Part shown: in pieces, positions 8,829 through 18,777 of the stretch
Numbering within the stretch: position 1 is the first letter of the stretch
How the letters are laid out: each line of letters opens with the position of its first letter
Assembly (NCBI GenBank): GCA_039799905.1
Contig: JBDLRP010000034.1
Span: 64,001 to 128,000, forward strand
Origin: Pseudomonadota bacterium
Lineage (GTDB): Bacteria > Bdellovibrionota_B > Oligoflexia > Silvanigrellales > Silvanigrellaceae
Direction of reading: 5' to 3'
Length of the DNA stretch: 64,000 nucleotides
Translations under genes and position numbers: made by a program
The notes under the pieces: model-generated
Database searches by the model: none
Seen by the model: the letters and a program-made list of their open reading frames with translations, nothing else
Told to the model about the DNA's origin: nothing

Positions 8829-8861
8829 GAGTCGAACACCTCTGAGGCCAACGTTCAGCTT

Positions 8862-10490
8862 TCAGAGGATAACGTGATTGGTCAGGAACTTCGAGGTGTC
8901 ATGTTCAAGAATCCCACGGATGGCTTCACGGCTCTCGGTTTGTGCGCCCATACCGGCAACCATCGTGCGCAATGAAAATGCCCTCAACGCATCGTGCACG
9001 CTGAGCGTGCCCTCGGCCGAGTTCTTTCTTCCCGTGAATGGAAATATATCCGGACCCCGCTGGCACGCGCTGTTGAGATTGATGCGGGCGACCTGATTGG
9101 ACAGCGCATCTATCGTCGAACCCAGACGGCGCGGATCGCAGCCAAAAACACTTGCCTGCATGCCGAACGGCGAAGCGACAATCTGTTCAATAACATCGTC
9201 GAGGTTTTTGTAAGTCAAAACCGGAATCAGCGGGCCGAATTGTTCCACCTGTGCCATCGTGTGCGTCCACTTGACCCCGCCGACGACGGCGGGATGAATC
9301 AACGTAGCGTGTCCGCGAAGTGCATTTTGTGGATGAAAAAGGTGCGCTCCATCGGCCACCGCCTCATCCACCATGTTTTTCAATTCTTGCGGTTTTGCTG
9401 TGTCTGGTAATGGAGTGATCTGCACCCCCGTCTGCCACGGAAGGCCAACTTTGAGCTGATTGACACGGTTTGCAAGTTCTTCACACCATGCACCTGAAAT
9501 CGACTCCGGCACACAGACCAGTTTCAGTGCCGTGCAGCGCTGCCCATTGAAGGACAAAGCGCCTTTGATGGTTTCCTTGAGGCTGAGTTCGAAGGGAGCA
9601 TCATCGAGTAGAATTGCGGGGTTCTTTGCATCGAGCCCGAGTATGCTGCGCAGGCGGTTGGGCCGCGGGTGTTGCGCTTTGAGTGTGTTGGCCACGCGGC
9701 TCGAACCGATGAAGGCAAGCACATCGATATCGCCCTTGCGCATGGCCGCACCGATGATTTCACGCCCTTGTCCATTGACGACGTTGACGACACCGGCAGG
9801 AAAACAAGCCTGAAACTCGGGCAGCAGACAATCCCACAGGAGTTGTCCGTAGCGGGGTACTTTCACAACAGTTGTGTTTCCCATAACCAGTGCGGGGATG
9901 AGTGTTGTGAAGGTTTCATTGAGTGGATAGTTGAACGGGCCCATGCAGAGCGTGACGCCAAGCGGCATGCGTCTGACGAGCGCAACATACCCCTGAGCAA
10001 ACTGCAGTCGCGAACTGTCGCGGTCGAGTGATTTGGCGGCGTCGAGTGTATCGTTGATGTAAACGACCGTGCGGTCGAATTCGGCTTCAGCATCGGCTCT
10101 CGTTTTGCAAATTTCCCACATCAGCAGGCGTACGATTGTTTCGCGGTGGAGTTGCATGCGCCTGACAAATTCAGCGACAGCAATGAGCCGCTCTTCCATG
10201 CGGGCAGAAGGCCACTGGCCGGTTCCCGAACGCCACGCGTCTGCTGCAGCCTGAACGGCGTCTTGCATGTGTGTTGATGTTGCCTGCGGGGTGGTGCCGA
10301 GGATTGTGTCTTCAAGTGTACCTTTTTCACTCCGAGTGAAAATGGGGCTGACCACACTGCGACGTTCAAAACCGGAACTTAACAGCTCACCACCTATCAG
10401 CAGCCGGCCCTGCACAAGTCCGTTCAGCTGAGCATTTTCAGGTATTTCGTTGGCCTTTGGGAAAATTTCCGGAGTGATGACATTTTGCAT
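8862..10490 (-). CDS. Aldehyde dehydrogenase family, GapN-like (NADP-dependent G3P dehydrogenase-like)
   Basis: ATG 10490 after GGAGGT; GPFNYPLNE, FIGSS, FNGQRCTA (catalytic Cys), EQFGP, FPFTGRK. Confidence 0.85.
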   Translation of the reverse strand: MQNVITPEIFPKANEIPENAQLNGLVQGRLLIGGELLSSGFERRSVVSPIFTRSEKGTLEDTILGTTPQATSTHMQDAVQAAADAWRSGTGQWPSARMEERLIAVAEFVRRMQLHRETIVRLLMWEICKTRADAEAEFDRTVVYINDTLDAAKSLDRDSSRLQFAQGYVALVRRMPLGVTLCMGPFNYPLNETFTTLIPALVMGNTTVVKVPRYGQLLWDCLLPEFQACFPAGVVNVVNGQGREIIGAAMRKGDIDVLAFIGSSRVANTLKAQHPRPNRLRSILGLDAKNPAILLDDAPFELSLKETIKGALSFNGQRCTALKLVCVPESISGAWCEELANRVNQLKVGLPWQTGVQITPLPDTAKPQELKNMVDEAVADGAHLFHPQNALRGHATLIHPAVVGGVKWTHTMAQVEQFGPLIPVLTYKNLDDVIEQIVASPFGMQASVFGCDPRRLGSTIDALSNQVARINLNSACQRGPDIFPFTGRKNSAEGTLSVHDALRAFSLRTMVAGMGAQTESREAIRGILEHDTSKFLTNHVIL

Positions 10491-10549
10491 TTTTGTGACC
10501 TCCCGACAGCGTTGGCCGGAGGATAGCACTACGCTCCTTCAGACAGAAG

Positions 10550-11140
10550 TTACGGCACAAAGCTGACCGCATCCTTTAAGGCGTCGTTGAGCATGTCCAT
10601 GTATTTCGATGCGTCGATCTCGACTGCACCCAATGAGCGGAGGTGGTCGGTGAGAAACTGACATTCGAGTAATGTGTACCCCTGCCGAAGCAAATGCTCG
10701 GCGAGGCGTATGAGCGCCAGCTTTGACATGTTTTTTTCGTGGTGAAACATCGACTCCGCAAAAAATGCCGAACCAAGTGTGACTCCGTAGATGCCGCCCA
10801 CCATCTTGCCTTCGCGGAGCACTTCGAGTGAGTGCGCGAAGCCGAGGCGGTGCAGCTCTCCGTAGGCGCGGACAAATTCATCGCTGATCCACGTGTCCGG
10901 ACGCTCGGCGCACGCCCGCATGACATCTTCAAACGCCCCGTCAATACGAATGCTGATATCACGCCGCCGCAATTCGCGCTTCATGGACTGACTGACGTGA
11001 ATCATGTCGATTGGGATAATGGCCCGCGGGTCGGGGCGGTACCAATGGATAATCTGCGAATTCTCGGCTGCCGGCATCGGAAAGCATCCTTGTGCATAGG
11101 CAAGAATGAGAATTTCGGCCGACAGCTCTTGTGCATCCAT
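10550..11140 (-). CDS. aat: Leucyl/phenylalanyl-tRNA--protein transferase
   Basis: AYAQGCFPM, PDPRA, TWIS, HSLEV, GGIYGV, FAESMF, HLRSLGA. Confidence 0.95.
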   Translation of the reverse strand: MDAQELSAEILILAYAQGCFPMPAAENSQIIHWYRPDPRAIIPIDMIHVSQSMKRELRRRDISIRIDGAFEDVMRACAERPDTWISDEFVRAYGELHRLGFAHSLEVLREGKMVGGIYGVTLGSAFFAESMFHHEKNMSKLALIRLAEHLLRQGYTLLECQFLTDHLRSLGAVEIDASKYMDMLNDALKDAVSFVP

Positions 11141-11165
11141 TTCGTACTCCGGCGTCGGCGCGGAA

Positions 11166-12470
11166 TTATGCCGACGTGAGAAGATTGGGAATCGGTTCCC
11201 GCACACTTCTATTTGCAGCAAAAAATGCGGTCACAGCCGAAATTGAACACAAAATGAGAAGGGATGTAAAGTAAAGCGAGGGAGCCATTTTGATAAGAAA
11301 CGGAACCGGGTCGGTCAGGAATCCAGCGTAGTAGATAAATCTGATTTCGTTGACTGCCAGCGAGAAAATTATCGACGCGATGCTGCCGAGTGCCGATCCG
11401 GCGATGCCGATAAGAATGCCTTCTGTTGTAAAGATGCTGCGAATGTCGCGGCGAAAGAATCCAAGGCTGCGTAATGTGCCAATCTCACGCCGGCGCTCAT
11501 TGACACTCTTGACCATCGCATTGAGGACCGACATTCCCGAGATGGTCAGGATGACCGCGCTGACAAGATTTCGGAAGGTGAGAAAAAGACTCATTGTCCG
11601 CTTGTAGACACGCGCGAGAATATGTTCGCGCCAGTCTAGAGCACGCAATTCAACACCCGCCAATCTCGCAGCGCTGGCAAAACTCTCAACGAATCGGTTG
11701 AAATCTTTTGCGTCGCGAAGACGCAGTCGGATATGTGAAATGTCTTGTGTGTCATAAAGCTGTTGTGCGCGCTTGAGGTCCATCATCAGATACCATGAGT
11801 CGATGCCGCGGAGGCCGACGCCGCCCAATGCGCCGATTGTCATGTTCATCGCGTTTGCCTGTCCGGCTGCGGTGGTGACGTTCAATTGGATTTTATTGCG
11901 TTCACAATTTAATGGAATTTCACGCTCGGCATAGCCGCCCACCTGAATAAGAAATTGTTCCTTCGACTGGCTGTTGCAACCCAAGGTGTCTGCGATGTTT
12001 TCGCCGATGAGAATGTGCTCTGGTGTCAGGCGGTCGAGCGGTTTTCCCGCACGGACGTTCCACGGCCATGTCGGCATCCGCATCTCTTTTCCGCTTTCAA
12101 GATCGTATGCAAAGCCCCAAAAAATTGAGCTAGTTTTGCCATTGTTTGCGAGTCCGTTCACGATCAGAATCGGGACGTAGGCATCGACCATTGCAGATTC
12201 CGCAAAAAAATCTGACAGAAATTTCTGCTCAGCTGCACTGATGCGGGAGTCCTCGAAGTCGACGGGGCGGCCGTTTTTAGTTTTTTCAATGAACACGTCG
12301 CCAAACATGCTTCTTTGTCTGTAGTTGTCCTCGTAAAAATTCTCGACCATCGAGATATAACCGTTAAACAGAGTCAAGGCGGCAAAGCCAATGGCGACCG
12401 ACAATATCGATCCGGCGGAGTGCCGCCAGTTGTTGATGATATTTCGGATACCCATCTTTAAAGTTTGCAT
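11166..12470 (-). CDS. ABC transporter permease, FtsX/MacB/LolC-E family
   Basis: TM1, large periplasmic domain, then 3 TM; ERRREIGTLRSLGF. Confidence 0.9.
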   Translation of the reverse strand: MQTLKMGIRNIINNWRHSAGSILSVAIGFAALTLFNGYISMVENFYEDNYRQRSMFGDVFIEKTKNGRPVDFEDSRISAAEQKFLSDFFAESAMVDAYVPILIVNGLANNGKTSSIFWGFAYDLESGKEMRMPTWPWNVRAGKPLDRLTPEHILIGENIADTLGCNSQSKEQFLIQVGGYAEREIPLNCERNKIQLNVTTAAGQANAMNMTIGALGGVGLRGIDSWYLMMDLKRAQQLYDTQDISHIRLRLRDAKDFNRFVESFASAARLAGVELRALDWREHILARVYKRTMSLFLTFRNLVSAVILTISGMSVLNAMVKSVNERRREIGTLRSLGFFRRDIRSIFTTEGILIGIAGSALGSIASIIFSLAVNEIRFIYYAGFLTDPVPFLIKMAPSLYFTSLLILCSISAVTAFFAANRSVREPIPNLLTSA

Positions 12471-12492
12471 CTTTTCCGTTTCCTTTTTTTCT

Positions 12493-13863
12493 TCAGGAGA
12501 CGTGGGAGTTTAAAAGTCCGACGATTCTCTTTCTGCTGCTGCGCAACGAGGTTATCCATCCTGCGAGTATCGAGACGCCGGTCATCAGCAGGGCGATCCA
12601 TACACAGTGTTCTGCGACAATCATCAGTGTGACACGAAGTTGAGTGGAGACACCGGGTACTTCGAACAACAACCGGCTGCTGTTGATGACAGAGGTTGTC
12701 GCGATGGCCAGAATCAGGCCGACTGGAATGCAGATAAGGGCCAACATCAGGCCTTCCAGTGCAAAAATTCTAGGAATGTCTCTTTGTCGGAAACCAAGCG
12801 CACGAAGCGTTCCAATCTCCTTAGAACGCTCAAGAACACTCATGGTCATGGAGTCTGAAACGGTCAGCGTGACAACACTGACTGCGAGGGTGAGGAAAAA
12901 AGCACTCATCACATATATAAGGTTCATGAACCCTGCATAGAACGGATTTACTGACAATTCACGGTAGTGATGAACCTCGAGGTCAAGTCCAGCGCTGCGC
13001 AGAGCATTGTCGAGTTTTCTTGCGGCGGTTTCCGGGATTTCGTCCCACGGAAGATGGACGATGATGTTTGTGACTGTGTCGGTTTCGAAAAGTCTCTGCA
13101 AAGCTTCGAGTGGAATGACAGCCGAAGATTCCTCAAGGAGTTCGAGGCCGCTTGAGTAATGGCCGACGATTTCTCCGTCGAGGGCGGAAAAGTCGTTTTT
13201 ATAGGTGCGGGCTGCCAATTGGATGTTGGTGTCCGCATCGATTTTACTCTGCACAGACTCACTGCTGCAATCGAGTGAAACATTTTGTGTTGTCGCGTCG
13301 GCGCCGGGCCTAGTGGTGTAGAGTCTGCTTTTTCCAAGGTTTCTGGCCACTTTTTGGGTTACGATGACAGGTGTGATTGCTGAATGCATCCACAGGCCGC
13401 TCCCCAGTCGCGCGTCGAGAATTTCTCGGGCAAAGTTCTGGACAGCCGGATGTTCTGTGAGTTTTTTTTCGATAGCGGGTTCGACGCCGAGCACTTTGAC
13501 AGGCCATGTTTTGCAGCCGTTTCCGATCAGGGTGAAGCCATGCAGAGTCGCACTCACGGCCTCGGCGTTTGGAAAGACCTCGCCGACAACCTGTCTGACG
13601 CGTGTCTGTTCCTCGGCGTTCAGATTGTATTTTTTCGGTCGCAGCAGATGCCTTTCTACGCCATCAGGCTTGTAGATGGAAATCGTACCTACGTGATTGA
13701 GGTAAACGGAGGTTGCCCTGAAGAATTTTTCAATGCGAACGACAAATCCGCTCAGCAGCACGAGTCCCGCGAAGCCAAGAATAATGGCACTCGCAGTGGC
13801 AGCGTTGCGCCTTCGGTTGCGTCCGAGGTTGCGCGCAGCGAGGGTTAATTGCTTCCAAAACAT
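12493..13863 (-). CDS. ABC transporter permease, FtsX/MacB/LolC-E family
   Basis: LAARNLGRNRRR N-terminus; ERSKEIGTLRALGF; start placed at ATG 13863. Confidence 0.9.
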   Translation of the reverse strand: MFWKQLTLAARNLGRNRRRNAATASAIILGFAGLVLLSGFVVRIEKFFRATSVYLNHVGTISIYKPDGVERHLLRPKKYNLNAEEQTRVRQVVGEVFPNAEAVSATLHGFTLIGNGCKTWPVKVLGVEPAIEKKLTEHPAVQNFAREILDARLGSGLWMHSAITPVIVTQKVARNLGKSRLYTTRPGADATTQNVSLDCSSESVQSKIDADTNIQLAARTYKNDFSALDGEIVGHYSSGLELLEESSAVIPLEALQRLFETDTVTNIIVHLPWDEIPETAARKLDNALRSAGLDLEVHHYRELSVNPFYAGFMNLIYVMSAFFLTLAVSVVTLTVSDSMTMSVLERSKEIGTLRALGFRQRDIPRIFALEGLMLALICIPVGLILAIATTSVINSSRLLFEVPGVSTQLRVTLMIVAEHCVWIALLMTGVSILAGWITSLRSSRKRIVGLLNSHVS

Positions 13864-14081
13864 CGGATTTTCCCCGAGTGACACTGTGATTTTAGCAGGA
13901 GAAGCGAGCACAGCTCTGCAAATATTTCCTGTCCGATTTGTGAGCTGACGGAAAGACTGCTGAAATGTCCTGACAAAACCTCGTCATGGCGGTCGATCTG
14001 CGTGCTCCGAAAGATTGGCCCATCCATTACAATGAGAGAAGGTGTGGGGGAGAGCGAACAAAATTGAAATGCATTGCTCAA

Positions 14082-15674
14082 ATGCAGTTTGTCTGTTGGG
14101 TATTGGCGGTCACGTTGTCGATGCCGGTTGGTGGATCAACCTCGCTCGCGCAGGATTTTGATCCCTTTGCGACAGAACAGCTGCCAGAGCGGGGTGCAAC
14201 AGCACCCGCATTGAAGCCGAAAGCAGAACCCGCATTGAAGCCGACAGCAGAACCTGCATTGAAGCCGACAGCAGAACCCGAATTGAAGCCGACAGCAGAG
14301 CCTGCGTTGAAGCCGACAGCAGCGCCTGCCCCGAAGCCCGTGAGTAAACCAAAAGTGAAAGTAAAAAAGCCAGGAAGTTCTGTTCCAGCTTCGACAAAAA
14401 AAATCGAGAAGATTGCCCCGCCTCCGGAAGCCCCCCCTCCCGAAACGGGCAACTTTCAGCTGAGTGTTGGGCTCGAGAACACGATGACCGTCAGCGGTCT
14501 AAAAACAGCTCTCGATTTCGCTAAATACACGGAAAACTCAGTGTTGTTTCCGTTTTTAGATATCAATAACCAGTTAAGACCAACCTTCAAATTAACATCC
14601 GGCAGCGCGTTCAGGATCAATGCGCGTCCATTTTTGGAGATCCGTCATAACCAGTTTTTTCTCTCCTCGGGAGTGAACAAGCAGGAAACAAAAATCTCGG
14701 CAGATGCCGGAGAATCAACATTTTCGGTGAGACCATCCAATCAGGTGGAATTGACAGTCGGGCAGGAAAGCTTTCAATGGGGCACTGGTGAATTGGCGAG
14801 CCCGTCGAATTGGATTTATCGCCCCACTCAGTTGGCGGAATCGGTGAGCCGCAATCCGCAGACTGTTGTCAGCACGAGAAAAACGTCCCGACTGAATGCG
14901 AGCATCGGGCAATTCTTCAATTTTGTGACAATCGCCGAGTATGAGAGTGAACAAAGGGCACTTCCGGCAATCTTTTCCGGCAGACGTTTTTTGCTGAAAT
15001 CTGAATTCGCGTGGAATTCGGGAGTGGATTACGTCGGTCTTGTGGTTGGCGGTGCCGAGAAGATTGGCGCGCCTTTTCTGGGCCAGTATTTTTCACTGAG
15101 TGTGGATGACTCGCTCCGCATTTATGGCGAATCTGGTCACTATCAGGGAAGTGATGTCTTGAAACCTGTCGAGTTGAACCTGCCTTCAGCGTTTGGGAAT
15201 GAAAAAACCGTTGTCTTTGCCCAGCCCGAGTTAACTTCAAGGAAGTTTAATCACGAAATCTTAGTGGGCATACGCTACGATATTCTTGACGGTACGGAGC
15301 TCAGACTCGAAGGATATTCCAACAGCGCCGGATATTCATTGTCAGAGATGAGACTTGCAAACGACGTGCAGAAGCAATCGTCTCCGCTGTTTCCACTGTT
15401 TTATTCTCCGAACACCGAAATTCGTTCGCAGAGAAGCATTCTGCTGGCATTGCGAAAAGCAAACTTCGGTAGAAAGAGAAATATCACTGCATTGATTCGC
15501 TACTGGAAACCTGTTTTTGACACTTCGGGTGGTGCAGTGCTGTATGGTGAATATGGCTTCAATGACAATCTGCTTCTCTTTGCGGCCGCCGGAGGATATC
15601 ACGGTCCGCTTGTTTCAGAGGCAGGGTTGCCAAACCGTTTTGTTGTTTTGATGGGGCAAAAGTATGTTTGGTGA
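14082..15674 (+). CDS. Putative outer-membrane beta-barrel protein with N-terminal Pro/Lys-rich repeats
   Basis: Signal peptide (alternative start TTG 14064); PALKPTAE repeats; VGQESFQWG; amphipathic strands; C-terminal YVW. Confidence 0.65.
   Translation: MQFVCWVLAVTLSMPVGGSTSLAQDFDPFATEQLPERGATAPALKPKAEPALKPTAEPALKPTAEPELKPTAEPALKPTAAPAPKPVSKPKVKVKKPGSSVPASTKKIEKIAPPPEAPPPETGNFQLSVGLENTMTVSGLKTALDFAKYTENSVLFPFLDINNQLRPTFKLTSGSAFRINARPFLEIRHNQFFLSSGVNKQETKISADAGESTFSVRPSNQVELTVGQESFQWGTGELASPSNWIYRPTQLAESVSRNPQTVVSTRKTSRLNASIGQFFNFVTIAEYESEQRALPAIFSGRRFLLKSEFAWNSGVDYVGLVVGGAEKIGAPFLGQYFSLSVDDSLRIYGESGHYQGSDVLKPVELNLPSAFGNEKTVVFAQPELTSRKFNHEILVGIRYDILDGTELRLEGYSNSAGYSLSEMRLANDVQKQSSPLFPLFYSPNTEIRSQRSILLALRKANFGRKRNITALIRYWKPVFDTSGGAVLYGEYGFNDNLLLFAAAGGYHGPLVSEAGLPNRFVVLMGQKYVW
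14205..14339 (+). repeat. In-frame 24-nt tandem repeat (5 full copies plus a partial), unit ~CCCGCATTGAAGCCGACAGCAGAA
   Basis: Directly visible; encodes PALKP(K/T)AE-like octamers. Confidence 0.95.
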
Positions 15675-16389
15675 GATTCCACTGCTGGAGCTGAAATCTG
15701 TCCATAAGTCTTATGAATTGGGTAAAACCATGACGCCTGCGTTGCGCGGTGTCGACCTGACGCTTCGCGCTGGTGATTTTACGGCTATTGTGGGGGCATC
15801 CGGCTCAGGCAAGAGCACTTTGTTGAACATGGTGGGTTGCATCGATCAACCGGACTCCGGTGAGGTGATGTTGCAAGGTCGTTCGGTTCTGAGTCTGAGC
15901 GACGATGAACGAAGTCGACTCAGAAACGAGAAGATCGGATTTATCTTTCAGACGTTCAATTTGATTCCCGTGCTGAGTGTCTTCGACAATATCGAGTTGC
16001 CGCTGACGATCCAGAAATCAGTCAGTACGGTCGCAAGGCGACAGCGTGTGCTGGAGGCTCTTGAACGAGTCGGTTTGCTTGAGTTTTCGAACCAGTTGCC
16101 GGATCGTCTTTCCGGTGGTCAGCGACAAAGGGTTGCCATAGCCCGCGCTCTGGTAACCCGGCCGAGTCTGGTTCTTGCAGATGAGCCAACTGCAAATCTC
16201 GATTCTGTCACCGCTCACAGGATCATTGATCTCATGCTGCAAATCAATGAACAAACTCAGGTGACATTTCTGTTTTCAACACACGACGAAAAACTGATGA
16301 GCCGGGTTAAAAACATCGTCAGGATTCAAGACGGACGAATAGTCGCTGGAGTTCATGCCGAAAATAATGCTTTGGTCAATGCATCCTGA
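15664..16389 (+). CDS. ABC transporter ATP-binding protein (LolD/MacB-like)
   Basis: GASGSGKST, LSGGQRQR, LADEPTANLD, THD. Confidence 0.95.
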   Translation: MFGEIPLLELKSVHKSYELGKTMTPALRGVDLTLRAGDFTAIVGASGSGKSTLLNMVGCIDQPDSGEVMLQGRSVLSLSDDERSRLRNEKIGFIFQTFNLIPVLSVFDNIELPLTIQKSVSTVARRQRVLEALERVGLLEFSNQLPDRLSGGQRQRVAIARALVTRPSLVLADEPTANLDSVTAHRIIDLMLQINEQTQVTFLFSTHDEKLMSRVKNIVRIQDGRIVAGVHAENNALVNAS

Positions 16390-16397
16390 GGGGAGTC

Positions 16398-17171
16398 TTG
16401 ATGATGCCGAGCAGTGCGTTTTTTATTTTGGTCACAAAATTCTCGTTTGTTGCGGCTGCTTTATCTTCCCTGCCTGCTGAAGGCAAAGTGGATCAGGACT
16501 TTGTCAATGAATTGATGCGTGCTTCCGACCAATACCGCGGCGGGCTGAAGGTTGGTGTCACGTGGAATATCACAATTGACTCCATTGAAGACGACGAAAA
16601 GTCGACCTCTAAATACATGGTGCGCGCAAAGGCAATGAACGCACTTGCAGAGTGCCTCAATCCGCCTCGCTGCAAGGGGGAGATTTTTTTGTTCAACAAT
16701 CGCAATCTGTGGTTCCTGAAAAGCGGCGTCAAGAAACCGGTTTCCATATCACCACGCCAGCGGTTGAGCGGACAGGTTGCCAACGGCGATATTGCCGCGA
16801 CAAATTATGCGCGCGATTATCAGGCTGATTTTGAAAAGGAAGAGGATTTCTCTGGTCAGAGTGCGGTGGTTCTCTTGTTGAAGGCCAAAGAAAAAAACGT
16901 CACCTACGACCAAATCCGCTACTGGGTTGCAAAAAAAACGAAACTAGCTCTGAGAGCGGATTTTCTCACTCTGCAGGGCGAGGTGATTAAGTCGGCGACG
17001 TTTGAATATAAAAACAGTCTGGTCAGCGATGGTAAGAAAATTCCATTTGTCAGTTCAATGAAGATTAACGACGCAGCGTTTCCAAAAAACGTCACCACAA
17101 TAAAATACGAGTCGCCGAGGGAACAATTCCACGACGACTCGGTATTTAACATCAACAATGTGGGACGTTAG
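16398..17171 (+). CDS. Outer-membrane lipoprotein-sorting (LolA-like) periplasmic protein
   Basis: Signal peptide; KPVSISPRQRLSGQVANGDIAATNYARDY and TYDQIRYWV motifs typical of the family. Confidence 0.8.
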   Translation: MMMPSSAFFILVTKFSFVAAALSSLPAEGKVDQDFVNELMRASDQYRGGLKVGVTWNITIDSIEDDEKSTSKYMVRAKAMNALAECLNPPRCKGEIFLFNNRNLWFLKSGVKKPVSISPRQRLSGQVANGDIAATNYARDYQADFEKEEDFSGQSAVVLLLKAKEKNVTYDQIRYWVAKKTKLALRADFLTLQGEVIKSATFEYKNSLVSDGKKIPFVSSMKINDAAFPKNVTTIKYESPREQFHDDSVFNINNVGR

Positions 17172-17180
17172 CGGTCAGCC

Positions 17181-18581
17181 TCAAAGTCCGATGGGCAGTT
17201 CAGGAACCCACAGAAGGGCCTCGTTTTCGGAAGGAATCACGCGCTCGTAAGGCGTTTCCATATCTGAAATGTCTTTATTCGCCTGTGCAATCGACTGAGC
17301 GACAGACATCGTTCTCGACAACTCGGCAGCACGCAGGGCGCGATCGCGGTTGACGATTCCTGATGATTTCACTTTGTCTGCGAGCCAGTCACGCTTGTCG
17401 ACTGTTCCCATGATGATCCGCTTGAGGTCGTAGACGCTCAGATCAGGATTTTCGTCTTTGATAGCACCTGCAACCTGTGTCACATAGGGTGCCGCCTGAC
17501 TGGTGCCGCTCAGAACAAGCTCACCGCCACCGGGTATTTCGGAGTTGATCCCGACACCTGGTGCAGCAACGTCGACCATCTGCCGGCCAAAGTTTGAAAA
17601 CGGCGCAAGCTTGCTGCGGCCAAGAGTTGCCGCGACCGTGATGCTGTTCGCCGCCCGTGCATTCGCCGGTGATGCCGGCTGAACGTCGTTGTCGGTTCCA
17701 TCGTTACCAGCTGCCATTACGAACAGCGTATTGGGCGCTAGCGCAACCCATTTGGTGGAGTTCTCGGCCATTTTGCCGACAAGGAATGCCGCATAGCGGT
17801 TGATTTCTTCGGCCGTCGGTTCGCGTCCGAAGAGTGCCTTGAGGATTGGCTTGACCAGATTGGAGGCCGCCGGGGTACTGATTCCGAGTGAGTAGTTTGC
17901 AACGTCGGTCTTCTTGTCGTCGAGATAAAGTGCGACCTTCACAAATTGCGCGCTCTGCAACTCTGCGAGTTTGCTGAGTCCGGCCTTCAGACCTGCGTCA
18001 CGGACCATGGGCCAGATAGTGTCCCAGACCTTATTGAGAAAACGCGCCGCGGCACGGGCATTGTCGCCCAATCCGTATGCGGAGTTTGGTGCGAGTGGGT
18101 TCTCGGTTGGAATGAGCTTCACGCCAATGAGCTCAGTGTCCATATTCTTACGCGCGCTGATACCCGCGACGTGCGTGCCATGAACAAAGTTGCCAAAGAT
18201 GGCGAGCTTTTTGCGGAATTCAGGTTTGTCGAGATTGTCTTTGAGCCAGGTCTTCTCGTCATCGGTGACGCTGCCTTCGATAATCTTCTTTTGGATTTCA
18301 AAAAACCGCGGAACTTCAATGGGGAAGGTATTCAGATACTTTGGGTCGAGGAGCAGGGGATTGTTCTCAACGAAGTTCCATCCATGAATGTCGTCGATGT
18401 AGCCGTCCTGTTCGTCGTCGAGGTTGTTCGCCGGAATTTCGCCTGGGTTGACCCAGATGCGGTTCGCGAAGTTGGGGTGTTTGACGTCGATACCAGAGTC
18501 CACGATGCCGATGTTCGCAGCCTGAGCGCTGACGGCTGCTGCTCCTAGGACAAGCGCAAGTGCGGAGGATAAAACTCTCAT
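17181..18581 (-). CDS. Secreted S8 subtilisin-like serine peptidase
   Basis: IVDSG, HGTHVAG, AAGN, GTSQAAP. Confidence 0.95.
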   Translation of the reverse strand: MRVLSSALALVLGAAAVSAQAANIGIVDSGIDVKHPNFANRIWVNPGEIPANNLDDEQDGYIDDIHGWNFVENNPLLLDPKYLNTFPIEVPRFFEIQKKIIEGSVTDDEKTWLKDNLDKPEFRKKLAIFGNFVHGTHVAGISARKNMDTELIGVKLIPTENPLAPNSAYGLGDNARAAARFLNKVWDTIWPMVRDAGLKAGLSKLAELQSAQFVKVALYLDDKKTDVANYSLGISTPAASNLVKPILKALFGREPTAEEINRYAAFLVGKMAENSTKWVALAPNTLFVMAAGNDGTDNDVQPASPANARAANSITVAATLGRSKLAPFSNFGRQMVDVAAPGVGINSEIPGGGELVLSGTSQAAPYVTQVAGAIKDENPDLSVYDLKRIIMGTVDKRDWLADKVKSSGIVNRDRALRAAELSRTMSVAQSIAQANKDISDMETPYERVIPSENEALLWVPELPIGL

Positions 18582-18777
18582 GGCGACTCCCTGTGAAGAG
18601 AACTGTGACGGTTATTGGTCTGCGAACATTATCAGCATGAGACAGATTGGCAAGCGCTGGCTCTGAGATTGTTGAAATGCCGCAAGACAATACAATCATT
18701 ACAATTAAATTAATTAGTTTTTGTTTCTTAAACTTGAACCGACATCTCGACAGCATCAAGTGCCGGGGGTTCTTTTG

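Noticed and set aside
14205..14339. 24-nt repeat as a CRISPR array
   Set aside because: Head-to-tail units without spacers, in frame inside a CDS.
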